Shown in pieces: positions 45,475 to 59,551 of a stretch of 64,000 nt of DNA (the stretch's first letter is position 1; each line of letters starts with the position of its first letter). The stretch covers positions 1-64,000 of the forward strand of contig NIVC01000181.1 of NCBI GenBank assembly GCA_002269645.1, given 5' to 3'. A program made the translations under genes and the position numbers. Source of the stretch: Macrostomum lignano. Taxonomy: Eukaryota. The notes beneath the pieces were generated by a model, which worked only from the letters and a program-made list of their open reading frames with translations, was not told where the DNA came from and searched no databases.

Positions 45475-46030
45475 GTAGAGGGTGAGACAGTTATAGTAGA
45501 GTGTGAGACAGTTAGAGTAGATTGTGAGAGTTTTAGTAGAGTGTGAGACAGAGTAGAGTGTGAGACAGTTAGAGTAGAGTGTGAGACAGTTAGAGTAGAG
45601 TGTGAGACAGTTAGAGTAGAGTGTGAGACAGTTAGAGTAGAGTATGAGACAGTTAGAGTAGAGTGTGAGACAGAGTAGAGTGTGAGACAGAGTAGAGTGT
45701 AAAACAGTTAGAGTAGAGTGTGAGACAGTTAGAGTAGAGTGTGAGACAGAGTAGAGTGTGAGAGACAGTTAGAGTAGAGTGTGAGACAGTTAGAGTAGAG
45801 TGTGAGACAGTTAGAGTAGAGTGTGAGACAGTTAGAGTAGAGTGTGAGACAGTTAGAGTAGAGTGTGAGACAGAGTAGAGTGTGAGACAGAGTAGAGTGT
45901 GAGACAGTTAGACTAGAGAGTGAGACCGTTAGAGTAGAGAGTGGGACAGTCCGAGTAGAGGGTGAGACAGTTATAGTAGAGTGTAAGACAGTTATAGTAG
46001 AGGGTGAGACAGTCCGAGTAGAGGGTGAGA
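45475..46030. repeat. 21/17-bp minisatellite (AGAGTAGAGTGTGAGACAGTT)
   Basis: Direct reading. Confidence 0.93.
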
Positions 46031-46237
46031 CAGATTAGTGGGGGAGACAGTCAGTAGGGAGTGAGTACCCGAATCAAGATAAAATACAGAGCAGACAGGT
46101 GAGACAGCTGATAAAGTGGACATAATGACCATTAGCTCAGGAAAGTCTTCAGGCGGCAGCATAAACTCAGTTGTATTTTCCCAACATTTTAATGCCAGCG
46201 GTATTCTCCAATCCACTGTAAAAAGAAAGGAATTTGA

Positions 46238-47156
46238 ATGGGTCAGAGCCAGCCCAGCGGTCATCAGAGCTCAAAAGCTGATGCAGAATCTCAGCATCAG
46301 AAGCAGCCTCATCAGCCAGAGCAGCATCCGACATCGGCCGCATTCGCTCGAGTCGCGGATTTCACAGACTCGTCTGGCAAGCGGCTGCTCACAGAGGCCG
46401 GCTTTGTCGAGCTGTTCGCCTCCTGCCAGCTGCCGCAGCGCCTCATCAGAGCTGCCTGGCTGACTGCCGCCCGGCCCGGCCGGGAGTTCCTGACCGCCGA
46501 GGACTTGGCCGAGTTTCACAACCGGTTGGAGGCGGCGACAACTGCCGCTGCGACCGGTCGGAGCTCGTCGGCCGGCGACGCTCAGCGGATGCTCCTGCTG
46601 AAGCTGCTGTCCTTGGTGGACAGCAATGATGACGAGTTTGCCGCGGCCGACTCGGTGCTGGAGACAGCCTGGTTGAGCCGCGGGGACGCGTCTGTGCCCG
46701 ACTGTCTGCGATCGGCGATGGCCCAACTGTTGAAGCCGCCGGCTCCGCCGCCAGCCGAGACCGACGATGCTGACGAAGACTTCGACGCCAGTGCCGAATT
46801 GGCCCGTCTGGTGGGTCGCCACCTGCCGCAGCTGCTGTCCGAGCCGACCTCCGCCCTGCTGGTTTGCCTTCGCTCTCCGGCTTCCCTGGCAGCTTCCATT
46901 CCGTCGCCAAGTCCGTCTGCTGGCGTACTGGAGCCCTGGCTGGCTTGGATCCTGGCCTGCCAGCTGCCGCCCGTGTTCTTGGCTGGCTTCCCCACGGCTC
47001 AGCTGCTGTACGACACTGACAGGTGAGGGTACTCGTGTTAGCTTACCTGGCTACTTGAAGTAGTGAAATTGAAATTTTCTGCTTCGGAAAGACTCAGCAT
47101 GTGCCTAGTTTGATATTTTATTTCTTCTGAGAATGCCCTAGACTTCAAGAACAGAC

Positions 47157-47221
<65 letters not shown>

Positions 47222-47258
47222 CAGACAGACACTAAGACAGACAGACAGACAGACTGAC

Positions 47259-47315
<57 letters not shown>

Positions 47316-47356
47316 CACACAGACAGACACTAAGACAGACACTAAGACAGACACTA

Positions 47357-47449
<93 letters not shown>

Positions 47450-47476
47450 CACAGACAGACACTAAGACAGACACTA

Positions 47477-47521
<45 letters not shown>

Positions 47522-47627
47522 CACAGACAGACACTAAGACAGACACTAAGACAGACAGACAGACAGACAGACAGACCAGACAGAAAGACAGACCGACAGA
47601 CAGACAGACAGTCAGACAGACACAGAC

Positions 47628-47672
<45 letters not shown>

Positions 47673-47743
47673 CACAGACAGACAGACAGACACACAGACA
47701 GACACTAAGACAGACACTAAGACAGACAGACAGACAGACAGAC

Positions 47744-47792
<49 letters not shown>

Positions 47793-47805
47793 CACAGACA
47801 GACAG

Positions 47806-47837
<32 letters not shown>

Positions 47838-48596
47838 AGACAGACACACAGATACACACAGAAAGACACTAAGACAGACACTAAGACAGACAGAGACAGA
47901 CAGACAGACAGACACACACACAAACAGATACAGACTGTAAGGATAACCGCTATAATTTGGCCCGTCCGCAGGGAGCTGCGCAGTCCCAGTCAGCTGACAC
48001 AGCTGGCATTCGACTACGACGGCCCGACGCTACTCCTTGCCGAGGCTGCTGACGGCCGGCAGTTCTGCTTCGCCGCTGATCGCGGCTTCCGCGAGGCCTG
48101 GCAAGCCTACGGCGAGGCCGACTGCCGTCTGACTCAGACCGCGCCCGAGTTGCGCGTCCTGCTCTCCGGTTCGGGCTTGGTCTACGCCAATCTCAAAGCC
48201 AGCGTCGGCACGCGCGGCGTTGCTATGGGCCGCGGCGGCTCGCCAGTTGTACTAATCGGCCCGGAGCTCGACACCCTGTCGGTGTTCGGCGTGCCGGACA
48301 AGCTGGCCCGCCTGCGCGCCATCGGCCTTGGCGATCCCGGCCTGGTGGAGCGGCTGCGCGAGGAGCGGGAGCGGGACCGGCGCCTCGCGGCCGCGGCCAG
48401 GGACCGGAAGCTGCGTCTGGTGCAGGAGGGCACGGCCGGCTGGGAGAAGAATGTCGATCGGCAACTGTTGGAATGGGGCGGAGCTAAGAATGCCGGCAAC
48501 AATGCCCAGGCTATTGAGGGCCGCGAGGCGGAGCTCGGCACCGGGCGGGGGTCCTCCGATGAGGGGCCGGCTAGATTGCTGAAGCCGGAGTTCTAA
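46238..48596 (+). CDS. TLDc-domain protein (MEAK7/RTC5-like architecture); join(46238..47022,47972..48596), 469 aa
   Basis: MGQSQPS possible N-myristoylation motif; LLYDTDR|E...YDGPTLLL resembles the TLDc start (LLY.S..HG.S...Y.GPT); C-terminal charged helix and D.QLLEWGG. Splice phases match. Family assignment by eye. Confidence 0.75.
47151..47935. repeat. (GACA)n compound microsatellite filling the TLDc gene intron
   Basis: Direct reading. Confidence 0.97.
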
Positions 48597-48674
48597 ATTT
48601 GTTATAGTTGCTGAATTTCTCGGGCTCCGGTCTTTCTAAGCCTTTCTCTTTGCTCTTTCACTGGCATACAAGAA

Positions 48675-49000
48675 TCGACTAAATTCCCCCAACAAATCGA
48701 CTAAATTTCCCCAACAAATCAACGAAATTCCCCCAACAAATCGACTAAATTCCCCCAACAAATCGACTAAATTTCCCCAACAAATCAACGAAATTCCCCC
48801 AACAAATCGACTAAATTCCCCCAAGAATCAACTACATTCTCCAAAGAATCAACTTAATCCCCCCCAGAACATTAAATTCCCCCCTTAGAAGCTACTAAAT
48901 TCCCCCAGAATAAACTAAATTCCACAAGAAATCAACTGAATTCCCCGAAAAATCAGCTAAATTCCTCCAAGAAATCAACTAAATTCCCTGAAAGAGCTAG
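48675..49000. repeat. ~22-bp minisatellite decaying rightward (AACAAATCGACTAAATTCCCCC)
   Basis: Direct reading. Confidence 0.85.
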
Positions 49001-49486
49001 TAAATTCTCTGTAAAAATCTCTTTCCTATCACAAATAGTTAAGCTCTTCAATTGGACTTAATACCATCCACTTTTATTTTATAAAAGTTATAGTCAACCT
49101 AAACACTATGATTGCATTCCATTGATTCAGTCTTCAGTCAGTCATAGTGTTTTGGTAAACATATTTGTCAGACAATTGTATATTTTTATTAATTGTATCG
49201 TAGATTACTTGTATCCACGTTTTATTCAGAATCAAATTTGCAGCATCTGCATTTCCTCAATATATTTAGTAGGTTAGATGTACCTTCATATAATTCATAA
49301 TTATATAAGAATCATTATCGAGTTCCTGTTGTATTTTATCTATTGATTGCTATTGATTTCTTTTGCTTGATTACTAGCTTGACTTGAATAAAGTGTTCTA
49401 AATAAATTCTATTGTGCAATTGTTTATGCTATTTTTAAGATAAAGTATGTTTAATTGTGTTTTACTTTCGGCTGGATATAATATAT

Positions 49487-52400
49487 TTGGACTAGCTATA
49501 TCACAGACAGGTGAGATTTATGGACTAGCTATATCACAGACAGGTGAGATTTATGGACTAGCTATATCACAGACAGGTGGGATTTATGGACTAGCTATAT
49601 CACAGACAGGTGAGATTTAGGGGACTAGCTATATCACAGACAGGTGGGATTTAGGGGACTAGCTATATCACAGCCATGTGAGATTTATGGACTAGCTATA
49701 TCACAGACAGGTGAGATTTATGGACTAGCTATATCACAGACAGGTGAGATTTATGGACTAGCTATATCACAGACAGGTGAGATTTATGGACTAGCTATAT
49801 CACAGCCATGTGAGATTTATGGACTAGCTATATCACAGACAGGTGAGATTTATGGACTAGCTATATCACAGACAGGTGAGATTTATGGACTAGCTATATC
49901 ACAGACAGGTGAGATTGATGGACTAGCTATATCACAGACAGGTGAGATTTAGGGGACTAGCTATATCACAGCCATGTGAGATTTATGGACTAGCTATATC
50001 ACAGACAGGTGGGATTTAGGGGACTAGCTATATCATAGCCATGTGAGATTTATTGACTAGCTATATCACAGACAGGTGAGATTTATGGACTAGCTATATC
50101 ACAGACAGGTGAGATTTATGGACTAGCTATATCACAGACAGGTGAGATTTATGGACTAGCTATATCACAGACAGGTGAGATTTAGGGGACTAGCTATATC
50201 ACAGACAGGTGAGATTTAGGGGACTAGCTATATCACAGACAGGTGAGATTTAGGGGACTAGCTATATCACAGACAGGTGGGATTTATGGACTAGCTATAT
50301 CACAGACAGATGAGATTTATGGACTAGCTATATCACAGACAGGTGAGATTTATGGACTAGCTATATCACAGACAGGTGGGATTTAGGGGACTAGCTATAT
50401 CACAGACAGGTGAGATTTATGGACTAGCTATATCACAGACAGGTGAGATTTATGGACTAGCTATATCACAGACAGGTGGGATTTATGGACTAGCTATATC
50501 ACAGACAGGTGAGATTTATGGACTAGCTATATCACAGACAGGTGAGATTTATGGACTAGCTATATCACAGACAGGTGAGATTTATGGACTAGCTATATCA
50601 CAGACAGGTGAGATTTAGGGGACTAGCTATATCACAGACAGGTGAGATTTAGGGGACTAGCTATATCACAGACAGGTGAGATTTAGGGGACTAGCTATAT
50701 CACAGACAGGTGAGATTTATGGACTAGCTATATCACAGACAGGTGAGATTTATGGACTAGCTATATCACAGACAGGTGAGATTTATGGACTAGCTATATC
50801 ACAGACAGGTGAGATTTATGGACTAGCTATATCACAGACAGGTGAGATTTATGGACTAGCTATATCACAGACAGGTGAGATTTATGGACTAGCTATATCA
50901 CAGACAGGTGAGATTTAGGGGACTAGCTATATCACAGACAGGTGAGATTTAGGGGACTAGCTATATCACAGACAGGTGAGATTTAGGGGACTAGCTATAT
51001 CACAGACAGGTGAGATTTATGGACTAGCTATATCACAGACAGGTGAGATTTATGGACTAGCTATATCACAGACAGGTGAGATTTATGGACTAGCTATATC
51101 ACAGACAGGTGAGATTTATGGACTAGCTATATCACAGACAGGTGAGATTTATGGACTAGCTATATCACAGACAGGTGAGATTTATGGACTAGCTATATCA
51201 CAGACAGGTGAGATTTATGGACTAGCTATATCACAGACAGGTGAGATTTATGGACTAGCTATATCACAGACAGGTGAGATTTATGGACTAGCTATATCAC
51301 AGACAGGTGAGATTTATGGACTAGCTATATCACAGACAGGTGAGATTTAGGGGACTAGCTATATCACAGACAGGTGAGATTTATGGACTAGCTATATCAC
51401 AGACAGGTGGGATTTAGGGACTAGCTATATCACAGACAGGTGAGATTTATGGACTAGCTATATCACAGACAGGTGAGATTTATGGACTAGCTATATCACA
51501 GACAGGTGAGATTTATGGACTAGCTATATCACAGACAGGTGAGATTTATGGACTAGCTATATCACAGACAGGTGAGATTTATGGACTAGCTATATCACAG
51601 ACAGGTGAGATTTATGGACTAGCTATATCACAGACAGGTGAGATTTATGGACTAGCTATATCACAGACAGGTGAGATTTATGGACTAGCTATATCACAGA
51701 CAGGTGAGATTTATGGACTAGCTATATCACAGACAGGTGAGATTTATGGACTAGCTATATCACAGACAGGTGAGATTTATGGACTAGCTATATCACAGAC
51801 AGGTGAGATTTATGGACTAGCTATATCACAGACAGGTGAGATTTATGGACTAGCTATATCACAGACAGGTGAGATTTATGGACTAGCTATATCACAGACA
51901 GGTGAGATTTATGGACTAGCTATATCACAGACAGGTGAGATTTATGGACTAGCTGTATCACAGACAGGTGAGATTTATGGACTAGCTATATCACAGACAG
52001 GTGAGATTTATGGACTAGCTATATCACAGACAGGTGAGATTTATGGACTAGCTATATCACAGACAGGTGAGATTTAGGGGACTAGCTATATCACAGACAG
52101 GTGAGATTTATGGACTAGCTATATCACAGACAGGTGAGATTTATGGACTAGCTATATCACAGACAGGTGAGATTTATGGACTAGCTATATCACAGACAGG
52201 TGAGATTTATGGACTAGCTATATCACAGACAGGTGAGATTTAGGGGACTAGCTATATCACAGCCATGTGAGATTTATGGACTAGCTATATCACAGACAGG
52301 TGGATTTAGGGGACTAGCTATATCATAGCCATGTGAGATTTATTGACTAGCTATATCACAGACAGGTGAGATTTATGGACTAGCTATATCACAGACAGGT

Positions 52401-54460
52401 GAGATTTATGGACTAGCTATATCACAGACAGGTGAGATTTATGGACTAGCTATATCACAGACAGGTGAGATTTAGGGGACTAGCTATATCACAGACAGGT
52501 GAGATTTAGGGGACTAGCTATATCACAGACAGGTGAGATTTAGGGGACTAGCTATATCACAGACAGGTGGATTTATGGACTAGCTATATCACAGACAGGT
52601 GAGATTTATGGACTAGCTATATCACAGACAGGTGAGATTTATGGACTAGCTATATCACAGACAGGTGGGATTTATGGACTAGCTATATCACAGACAGGTG
52701 GGATTTATGGACTAGCTATATCACAGACAGGTGAGATTTATGGACTAGCTATATCACAGACAGGTGGGATTTATGGACTAGCTATATCACAGACAGGTGG
52801 GATTTATGGACTAGCTATATCACAGACAGGTGAGATTTATGGACTAGCTATATCACAGACAGATGAGATTTATGGACTAGCTATATCACAGACAGGTGAG
52901 ATTTAGGGGACTAGCTATATCACAGACAGGTGAGATTTAGGGGACTAGCTATATCACAGACAGGTGAGATTTAGGGGACTAGCTATATCACAGACAGGTG
53001 AGATTTAGGGGACTAGCTATATCACAGACAGGTGAGATTTATGGATTAGCTGTATCACAGACAGGTGAGATTTAGGGGACTAGCTATATCACAGACAGGT
53101 GAGATTTAGGGGACTAGCTATATCACAGACAGGTGAGATTTAGGGGACTAGCTATATCACAGACAGGTGAGATTTATGGATTAGCTGTATCACAGACAGG
53201 TGAGATTTATGGACTAGCTGTATCACAGACAGGTGAGATTTATGGATTAGCTGTATCACAGACAGGTGGGATTTATGGATTAGCTGTATTACAGACAGAT
53301 GAGATTTATGGACTGGCTATATCACAGACAGGTGAGATTTATGGACTAGCTATATCACAGACAGGTGGGATTTAGGGGACTAGCTATATCACAGACAGGT
53401 GAGATTTATGGACTAGCTATATCACAGACAGGTGAGATTTATGGACTAGCTATATCACAGACAGGTGAGATTTATGGACTAGCTATATCACAGACAGGTG
53501 AGATTTATGGACTAGCTGTATCACAGACAGGTGAGATTTATGGACTAGCTATATCACAGACAGGTGAGATTTATGGACTAGCTATATCACAGACAGGTGA
53601 GATTTATGGACTAGCTATATCACAGACAGGTGAGATTTATGGACTAGCTATATCACAGACAGGTGAGATTTATGGACTAGCTATATCACAGACAGGTGAG
53701 ATTTATGGACTAGCTATATCACAGACAGGTGAGATTTATGGACTAGCTATATCACAGACAGGTGAGATTTATGGACTAGCTATATCACAGACAGGTGAGA
53801 TTTATGGACTAGCTATATCACAGACAGGTGAGATTTATGGACTAGCTATATCACAGACAGGTGAGATTTATGTACTAGCTGTATCACAGACAGGTGAGAT
53901 TTATGGACTAGCTATATCACAGACAGGTGAGATTTATGGACTAGCTATATCACAGACAGGTGAGATTTATGGACTAGCTATATCACAGACAGGTGAGATT
54001 TAGGGGACTAGCTATATCACAGACAGGTGAGATTTATGGACTAGCTATATCACAGACAGGTGAGATTTATGGACTAGCTATATCACAGACAGGTGAGATT
54101 TATGGACTAGCTATATCACAGACAGGTGAGATTTAGGGGACTAGCTATATCACAGACAGGTGAGATTTATGGACTAGCTATATCACAGACAGGTGAGATT
54201 TATGGACTAGCTGTATTACAGACAGGTGAGATTTAGGGGACTAGCTATATCACAGACAGGTGAGATTTATTGACTAGCTATATCACAGACAGGTGAGATT
54301 TATGGACTAGCTATATCACAGACAGGTGAGATTTATGGACTAGCTATATCACAGACAGGTGAGATTTATGGACTAGCTGTATTACAGACAGGTGAGATTT
54401 AGGGGACTAGCTATATCACAGACAGGTGAGATTTATGGATTAGCTGTATCACAGACAGGT
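49487..54460. repeat. 33-bp satellite, ~150 copies (ATTTATGGACTAGCTATATCACAGACAGGTGAG)
   Basis: Direct reading; explains the GLAISQTGEIY ORFs. Confidence 0.98.
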
Positions 54461-54513
54461 GGGACTCAGGGATCTCACATGCAGTCCCCGCCGCCCGCCC
54501 GCAGCCACTGGCA

Positions 54514-55539
54514 ATGATATTCCGCCTACTCCGACCGGGCCAGACGCTACGCGAGCGCGGCAGCTCTGGCCGCTCAGCGGGGGATCTGGACCCTGCCGCT
54601 GCCAATGCCGCTGAATACCGCTGCTGCCTGTGCCTGCACGTGAAGACCGGCACCCTGCTGCTGGGCCTGTGGCAGGTGTGGGTGCAGCTATTCGTAGTCA
54701 GCTTCCTGCTGGCTGTGCTCATCAATCCGAGCCTGCTGTCCTGCATCGGCGGTCGCCTTGGCAACGGCGCCGCCAGCTCCGACTTGTCGACTAATCAGCC
54801 GGATGCCAAAGGCGTCGGTGACGTTTTGCCGAATGTGGTGCCCACCGCTGCTCCGTCGGCCTCCGCCGCCGCCGAGTCGGTCGACGAACCGTCGCTGCCA
54901 GCTATTGAAGTCGGCGGCGCCGGCAACCTTCGCCGGCATCACAAGCTGCGCCGTCAGGACCACGCCCTGCTGCTGCTGATCGGCCTTGTCAGCCTGCTGC
55001 TCGCCCTGCTGCTGGTGGTTGGCACCCTGCGGGAGCGGGCCAAGTACCTCATGCCCTACTTCTGCATGCAGCTGTTCGACTTTGTCATCAACTGTCTCAC
55101 CGTGGTCGGCTATTTCTCCTACCTGCCCGACGCCAAGGCCTGGCTGTCCGGACATCGCTGGCCGCATGACGCCGCCGTTCGCCGCTTCCTCCTTGGCCTG
55201 GACGATGCCACCCTTGGCTTCGTGATGCTGGTAGCCTGCATGCTGTACCTGATGGTCAAGGCTTACCTGCTCGGCATGGTCTGGGCCTGCTACAAGTTCC
55301 TGCTGCGCAAGGAGGCCGGCCATCTCCGCTCTGTCCGACGCGGCCTCGGCGAATTTGACGCCGAGGACGACGACATGGACTCCGAGACGGCCACCGATCC
55401 GCACCTGCTGATGATGCACCCGCCGGTGCCGCCGGTGCCGCCTAAATACGAGGACGCCCTGAAGCAGCCGGCCAACCTGAATGCTCCACCGCCGTACTTC
55501 CCCGGCTCCTACTATCGGCAGGCCACCGCCGATGAGTGA
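54514..55539 (+). CDS. LAPTM4: lysosomal-associated transmembrane protein 4-like (tetraspanning), intronless, 341 aa
   Basis: YRCCLCLHVKTGTLLLGLW; four hydrophobic segments; YLMPYFCMQLFDF; KAYLLGMVWACYK; C-terminal PPKY and PPPY motifs. Confidence 0.88.
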   Translation: MIFRLLRPGQTLRERGSSGRSAGDLDPAAANAAEYRCCLCLHVKTGTLLLGLWQVWVQLFVVSFLLAVLINPSLLSCIGGRLGNGAASSDLSTNQPDAKGVGDVLPNVVPTAAPSASAAAESVDEPSLPAIEVGGAGNLRRHHKLRRQDHALLLLIGLVSLLLALLLVVGTLRERAKYLMPYFCMQLFDFVINCLTVVGYFSYLPDAKAWLSGHRWPHDAAVRRFLLGLDDATLGFVMLVACMLYLMVKAYLLGMVWACYKFLLRKEAGHLRSVRRGLGEFDAEDDDMDSETATDPHLLMMHPPVPPVPPKYEDALKQPANLNAPPPYFPGSYYRQATADE

Positions 55540-55786
55540 GATTAAGAGAGAGAGAGGGAAGAATGGGAAGGTGTTTGCTGAATTGCAAGAGTTTGACTAC
55601 ACATAAAACACATTATTTTCTTATTTGTCGTGACAATAATACGCTCGTATATACATATATATTAGACCCATAAAGTAACTATCGTTTTTTTCTGGCTTTT
55701 TTTGCTCTGTTGTCCATTTTTTCTATTGTCCCGAGTCAAACCCGCTATTCTAACAGTGATCTAGACATGAGACACTAGAAGTAGAC

Positions 55787-56585
55787 AAGTGAATGGTAGA
55801 CGAGAAGTAGACAAGTAAAAGGTAGATACGAGAAGTAGACAAGTAAAAGGTAGACACTGGAAGTAGACAAGTAAAAGGTAGATACGAGAAGTAGACAAGT
55901 GAAAGGTAGGCACGAGAAGTAGACAAGTAAAAGGTAGACACGAGAAGTAGACAAGTGAAAGGTAGACACAAGAAGTAGACAGTGAAAGGTAGACATGAGA
56001 AGTATATAAGTAAGAAATAGACACGAGAAGTAGACAAGTGAAAGGTAGACACGAGAAGTAGACAAGTGAAAGGTAGACACAAGAAGTAGACAGTGAAAGG
56101 TAGACACAAGAAGTAGACAGTGAAAGGTAGACATGAGAAGTATATAAGTAAGAAATAGACACGAGAAGTAGACAAGTGAAAGGTAGACACGAGAAGTAGA
56201 CAAGTGAAAGGTAGACACAAGAAGTAGACAGTGAAAGGTAGACACAAGAAGTAGACAGTGAAAGGTAGACACGAGAAGCAGACAAGTGAAAGGTAAACAC
56301 AAGAAGTAGACAGTGAAAGGTAGACACGAGAAGCAGACAAGTGAAAGGTAGACACAAGAAGTAGACAGTGAAAGGTAGACACGAGAAGCAGACAAGTGAA
56401 AGGTAGACACAAGAAGTAGACAGTGAAAGGTAGACATGAGAAGTATATAAGTAAGAAATAGACACGAGAAGTAGACAAGTGAAAGGTAGACACGAGAAGT
56501 AGACAAGTGAAAGGTAGACACAAGAAGTAGACAGTGAAAGGTAGACATGAGAAGTATATAAGTAAGAAATAGACACGAGAAGTAG
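55787..56585. repeat. compound 27-28-bp minisatellite (GAGAAGTAGACAAGTGAAAGGTAGACAC)
   Basis: Direct reading. Confidence 0.93.
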
Positions 56586-57282
56586 CCAATGATTAACCTT
56601 CCCTAGTGCAACATATTGCCGCATAAAAAAATCAAAAAGCTTATCATAGGTTTGTCAGCTCTCGAGGGATTTCACGCTATTATTAATTTTTTTGCTTATT
56701 CTGTATTGTGGTTCTGAATATTTATTAATTAATAATTTGTACGCCGTTGGTGTTTGGTTTTCTGTGTCATATAAATATTATTTTCTTAATGTTATAATTT
56801 AATTTAAACGGAGATTTCCTCTGATTAATTAGAAAATCATTTAAGCCACCACCGTTTTCCTTTGCGTTGTTCGGAAGCAAAACTTTTAATACAGAGTAAA
56901 TTTAGCTGTCTGTGCAGTCTCTTGCGTCATTGCGTGCGTCAAATATTACAGGCTAATGTCTAACGCTTAGTAGCCACAGTCACCATAGCAACGCTCCGTG
57001 TCTGTTTCATTGCTATTGCACGGCAAAATTTATTAATCAATCATCATCACTCAATACACAATACAAAGGTGAAATATCTTAGACAGATCCCGATTTCGCT
57101 TCTTTGCTTTGTTTTTTATTGTCCCCAAGGCTCGAGCACCTTTTTATCCCAGTCTTGTATAGTTTAATCCCATGGTCTGTCTGATCTCGTATTTTTAATC
57201 CTGCTTGTTCTTTTCTTCAGTTAATTTGTCCATTCAATAGCGGCTTTTCCTGCTTTAACTGATCCTCAGAAACCAGCCCAGG

Positions 57283-57715
57283 CCTTCCAGATCCTCAATT
57301 GCTGGGTCCCAGATCCTCAGTTGCTGGGCTAACATCCCAGATCCTCAGTTGCTGGGCCAGCCTTCCAGATCCTCAGTTGCTGCGCCAGCCTCCCAGATCC
57401 TCAGTTGCTGCGCCAGCCTCCCAGATCCTCAGTTGCTGCGCCAGCCTCCCAGATCCTCAGTTGCTGAGCCAGCCTCCCAGATCCCCAGTTGCTGGGCCAG
57501 CCTCGCAGATCCTCAGTTGCTGGGCCAGCCTCCCAGATCCTCAGTTGCTGGGCCAGCCTCCCAGATCCTCAGTTGCTGGGCCAGCCTCCCAGATCCTCAG
57601 TTGCTGGGCCAGCCTCCCAGATCCTCAGTTGCTGGGCCAGCCTCCCGGATCCTCAGTTGCTGGGCCAGCCTCCCAGATCCTCAGTTGGTGGGCCACCCTA
57701 CCAGATCCTCAGCAA
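57283..57715. repeat. 28-bp minisatellite (CCAGCCTCCCAGATCCTCAGTTGCTGGG), array 1
   Basis: Direct reading; same unit and orientation as 61680-62490. Confidence 0.95.
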
Positions 57716-59005
57716 CTGGGCTCAGAGAGGCAGTCGCAGGAACAGCCGCTATTCCACCCTAAGCGATCCTGTCGCACGTGCAAAATCCGCACTCCTTATA
57801 CTGTTTAACAAAATAAAGCAGTTTTATTTTCTATTCAGTTTAGTTTTAGTTTTCATTTTCATGCTGACAAATGATGTAGGAAGCTGGATGGTCCCGTAGT
57901 ATTGTCGGGCCATAAGCTTTACTGTTTAATCCTGATATAATTATTTAATCTTTTGAGCAACAATATAAACCAAATAATAAGCGAATTTTCTGTTTCACCG
58001 CATACCCACTAAAGCCGAAGTGTTTGCTGTTTACTGCTTGTTAATAAATTTCAACTGATAGTAGCTGGGGCTGTAAAACTTGCATCCTGTACATGAGCTG
58101 TGCCCCCCCCCCGGTGGCAAGGATTAATTCTAGTTAAATTAAAATGACTTATCAGATACTGTCTCCGGATTTTCGGTGGTTTATATCCGGTGGACTTCAA
58201 TCTGACCTTGCAAACAGGATGAATGTTTATTCAGCCAAGTAACTTTTGCTGCCGATTTCGAAAGCCGATATAATCCGTCACTGTCTTAACAGCTTAACGC
58301 TTTGAAGTCATCAGAAGTTTTATTATTATTGAACCACAAGTCTTTAAGCCGGTGCTGCAAGAATGAATGTGAGTTCAGTTGATTTATAATCAATTCTAGC
58401 CATTTTGGAGTCCTGGACTTCAGCCTTTTGGCTTATGCTTATTTCTGCCACTCGGTTGGACTCGACTGGCTTAATCTTTATTATCTTGTAGCTCTTTAGT
58501 AAGTTTCAATATTCTCTTTTCGTGTCTTGAAAGTCGCGTGAAGCTGATCAACCAGCTTGTTACTCGTTAGTCAGTCAGTACAGGCGTTAGCCAAGGACGA
58601 CTTAAGTACCAATTTTTAGGCATAAAAAATGAAAACTTCCTATCTCTGTAGTATATTTCTTGGAAAGCCCAGGCCTTTAAAAATTTTCCAAGAAACGAGG
58701 TTTCCCGTCCTCGTAAGATTCGTTGCAAACTACAGGCATATCGAGCTCGGACACATTTTTTTTATTCACAGACAAGTCGGGAGTGCCAGACTGACCAACT
58801 TGATGATCCTGTGGGCCAGCTATCAGCACAGCATCCCTCTGCCGATTCCCAGGTATATGAAATATGCTTTTATGTTTCTATGCAAATTCGATTGGATTCA
58901 AAGTTTCATTTAATTACATGTAACTATCGGTGCAGTGCGCGACATTTTTTGCGCACGTACACTATGAGAAATTCGCTTCCTATTCGCTACTTGTTCAGTA
59001 GATCT

Positions 59006-59313
59006 AATAACAATAATTGATTACACCTGCCGCAACTGGGCCAGATGTGCAACCGACAGCTCAGCCGCAGCTATTGCGCGCGCATCTGAAGGCTGCGTAT
59101 GGCTGTTCAGTCCAAGGACTGGGGGTCGCCACACGCACCCTCAATTACATGTACCCCAGCTAATGCTGGCACCCATTTTACAGCTGGGTGAACTGAAGCA
59201 ATGCAGAGTTAAGTGTCTTGCTCAAGGACACAAATTGTTCCGAGTGGATCAGGAATCGAACCCCCGACCTTCAACTCGTGAGTCCGACGCTCAAACCACT
59301 GGGCTACAGCCCC
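59006..59313 (-). mobile_element. tRNA-derived CORE-like SINE, copy 2
   Basis: Reverse complement of the element at 63244-63547. Confidence 0.88.
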
Positions 59314-59551
59314 TTGTACTCGTAGATCCCTTGCAGTCTATGTATTATTTTTTTAATACACTAATACTCGAATGCCTTTCGCTTAAATACCTTTAATCTG
59401 TTTCTTCCGCATCATCGAATCCGTACCGCAGGATCCGCCAGCTGGTCCTCCAGCTACAGAAACCAAAAAGGTTGCTTCAGCTACACTGAGCGTCGCCTCG
59501 AAGATCTCAGGCATTGCTCTGCTGCTGCTGCTGATATTTTTTTCATTCGCT

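Noticed and set aside
45992-46264. Minus-strand ORF between SSR2 and the TLDc gene
   Set aside because: Short, no recognisable motif, ends in satellite sequence.
49644-54003. GLAISQTGEIY repeat ORFs resembling a beta-propeller protein
   Set aside because: Near-identical DNA units with no synonymous divergence, and frames broken by indels and stops; this is satellite DNA.
49487-54460. CRISPR-like array
   Set aside because: No unique spacers, no cas genes, eukaryotic context; the same applies to the other arrays.
55750-57899. Hydrophobic and Pro-rich ORFs near 55.7-57.9 kb (and 61.7-62.6 kb)
   Set aside because: Translations of the 27-28-bp minisatellites.
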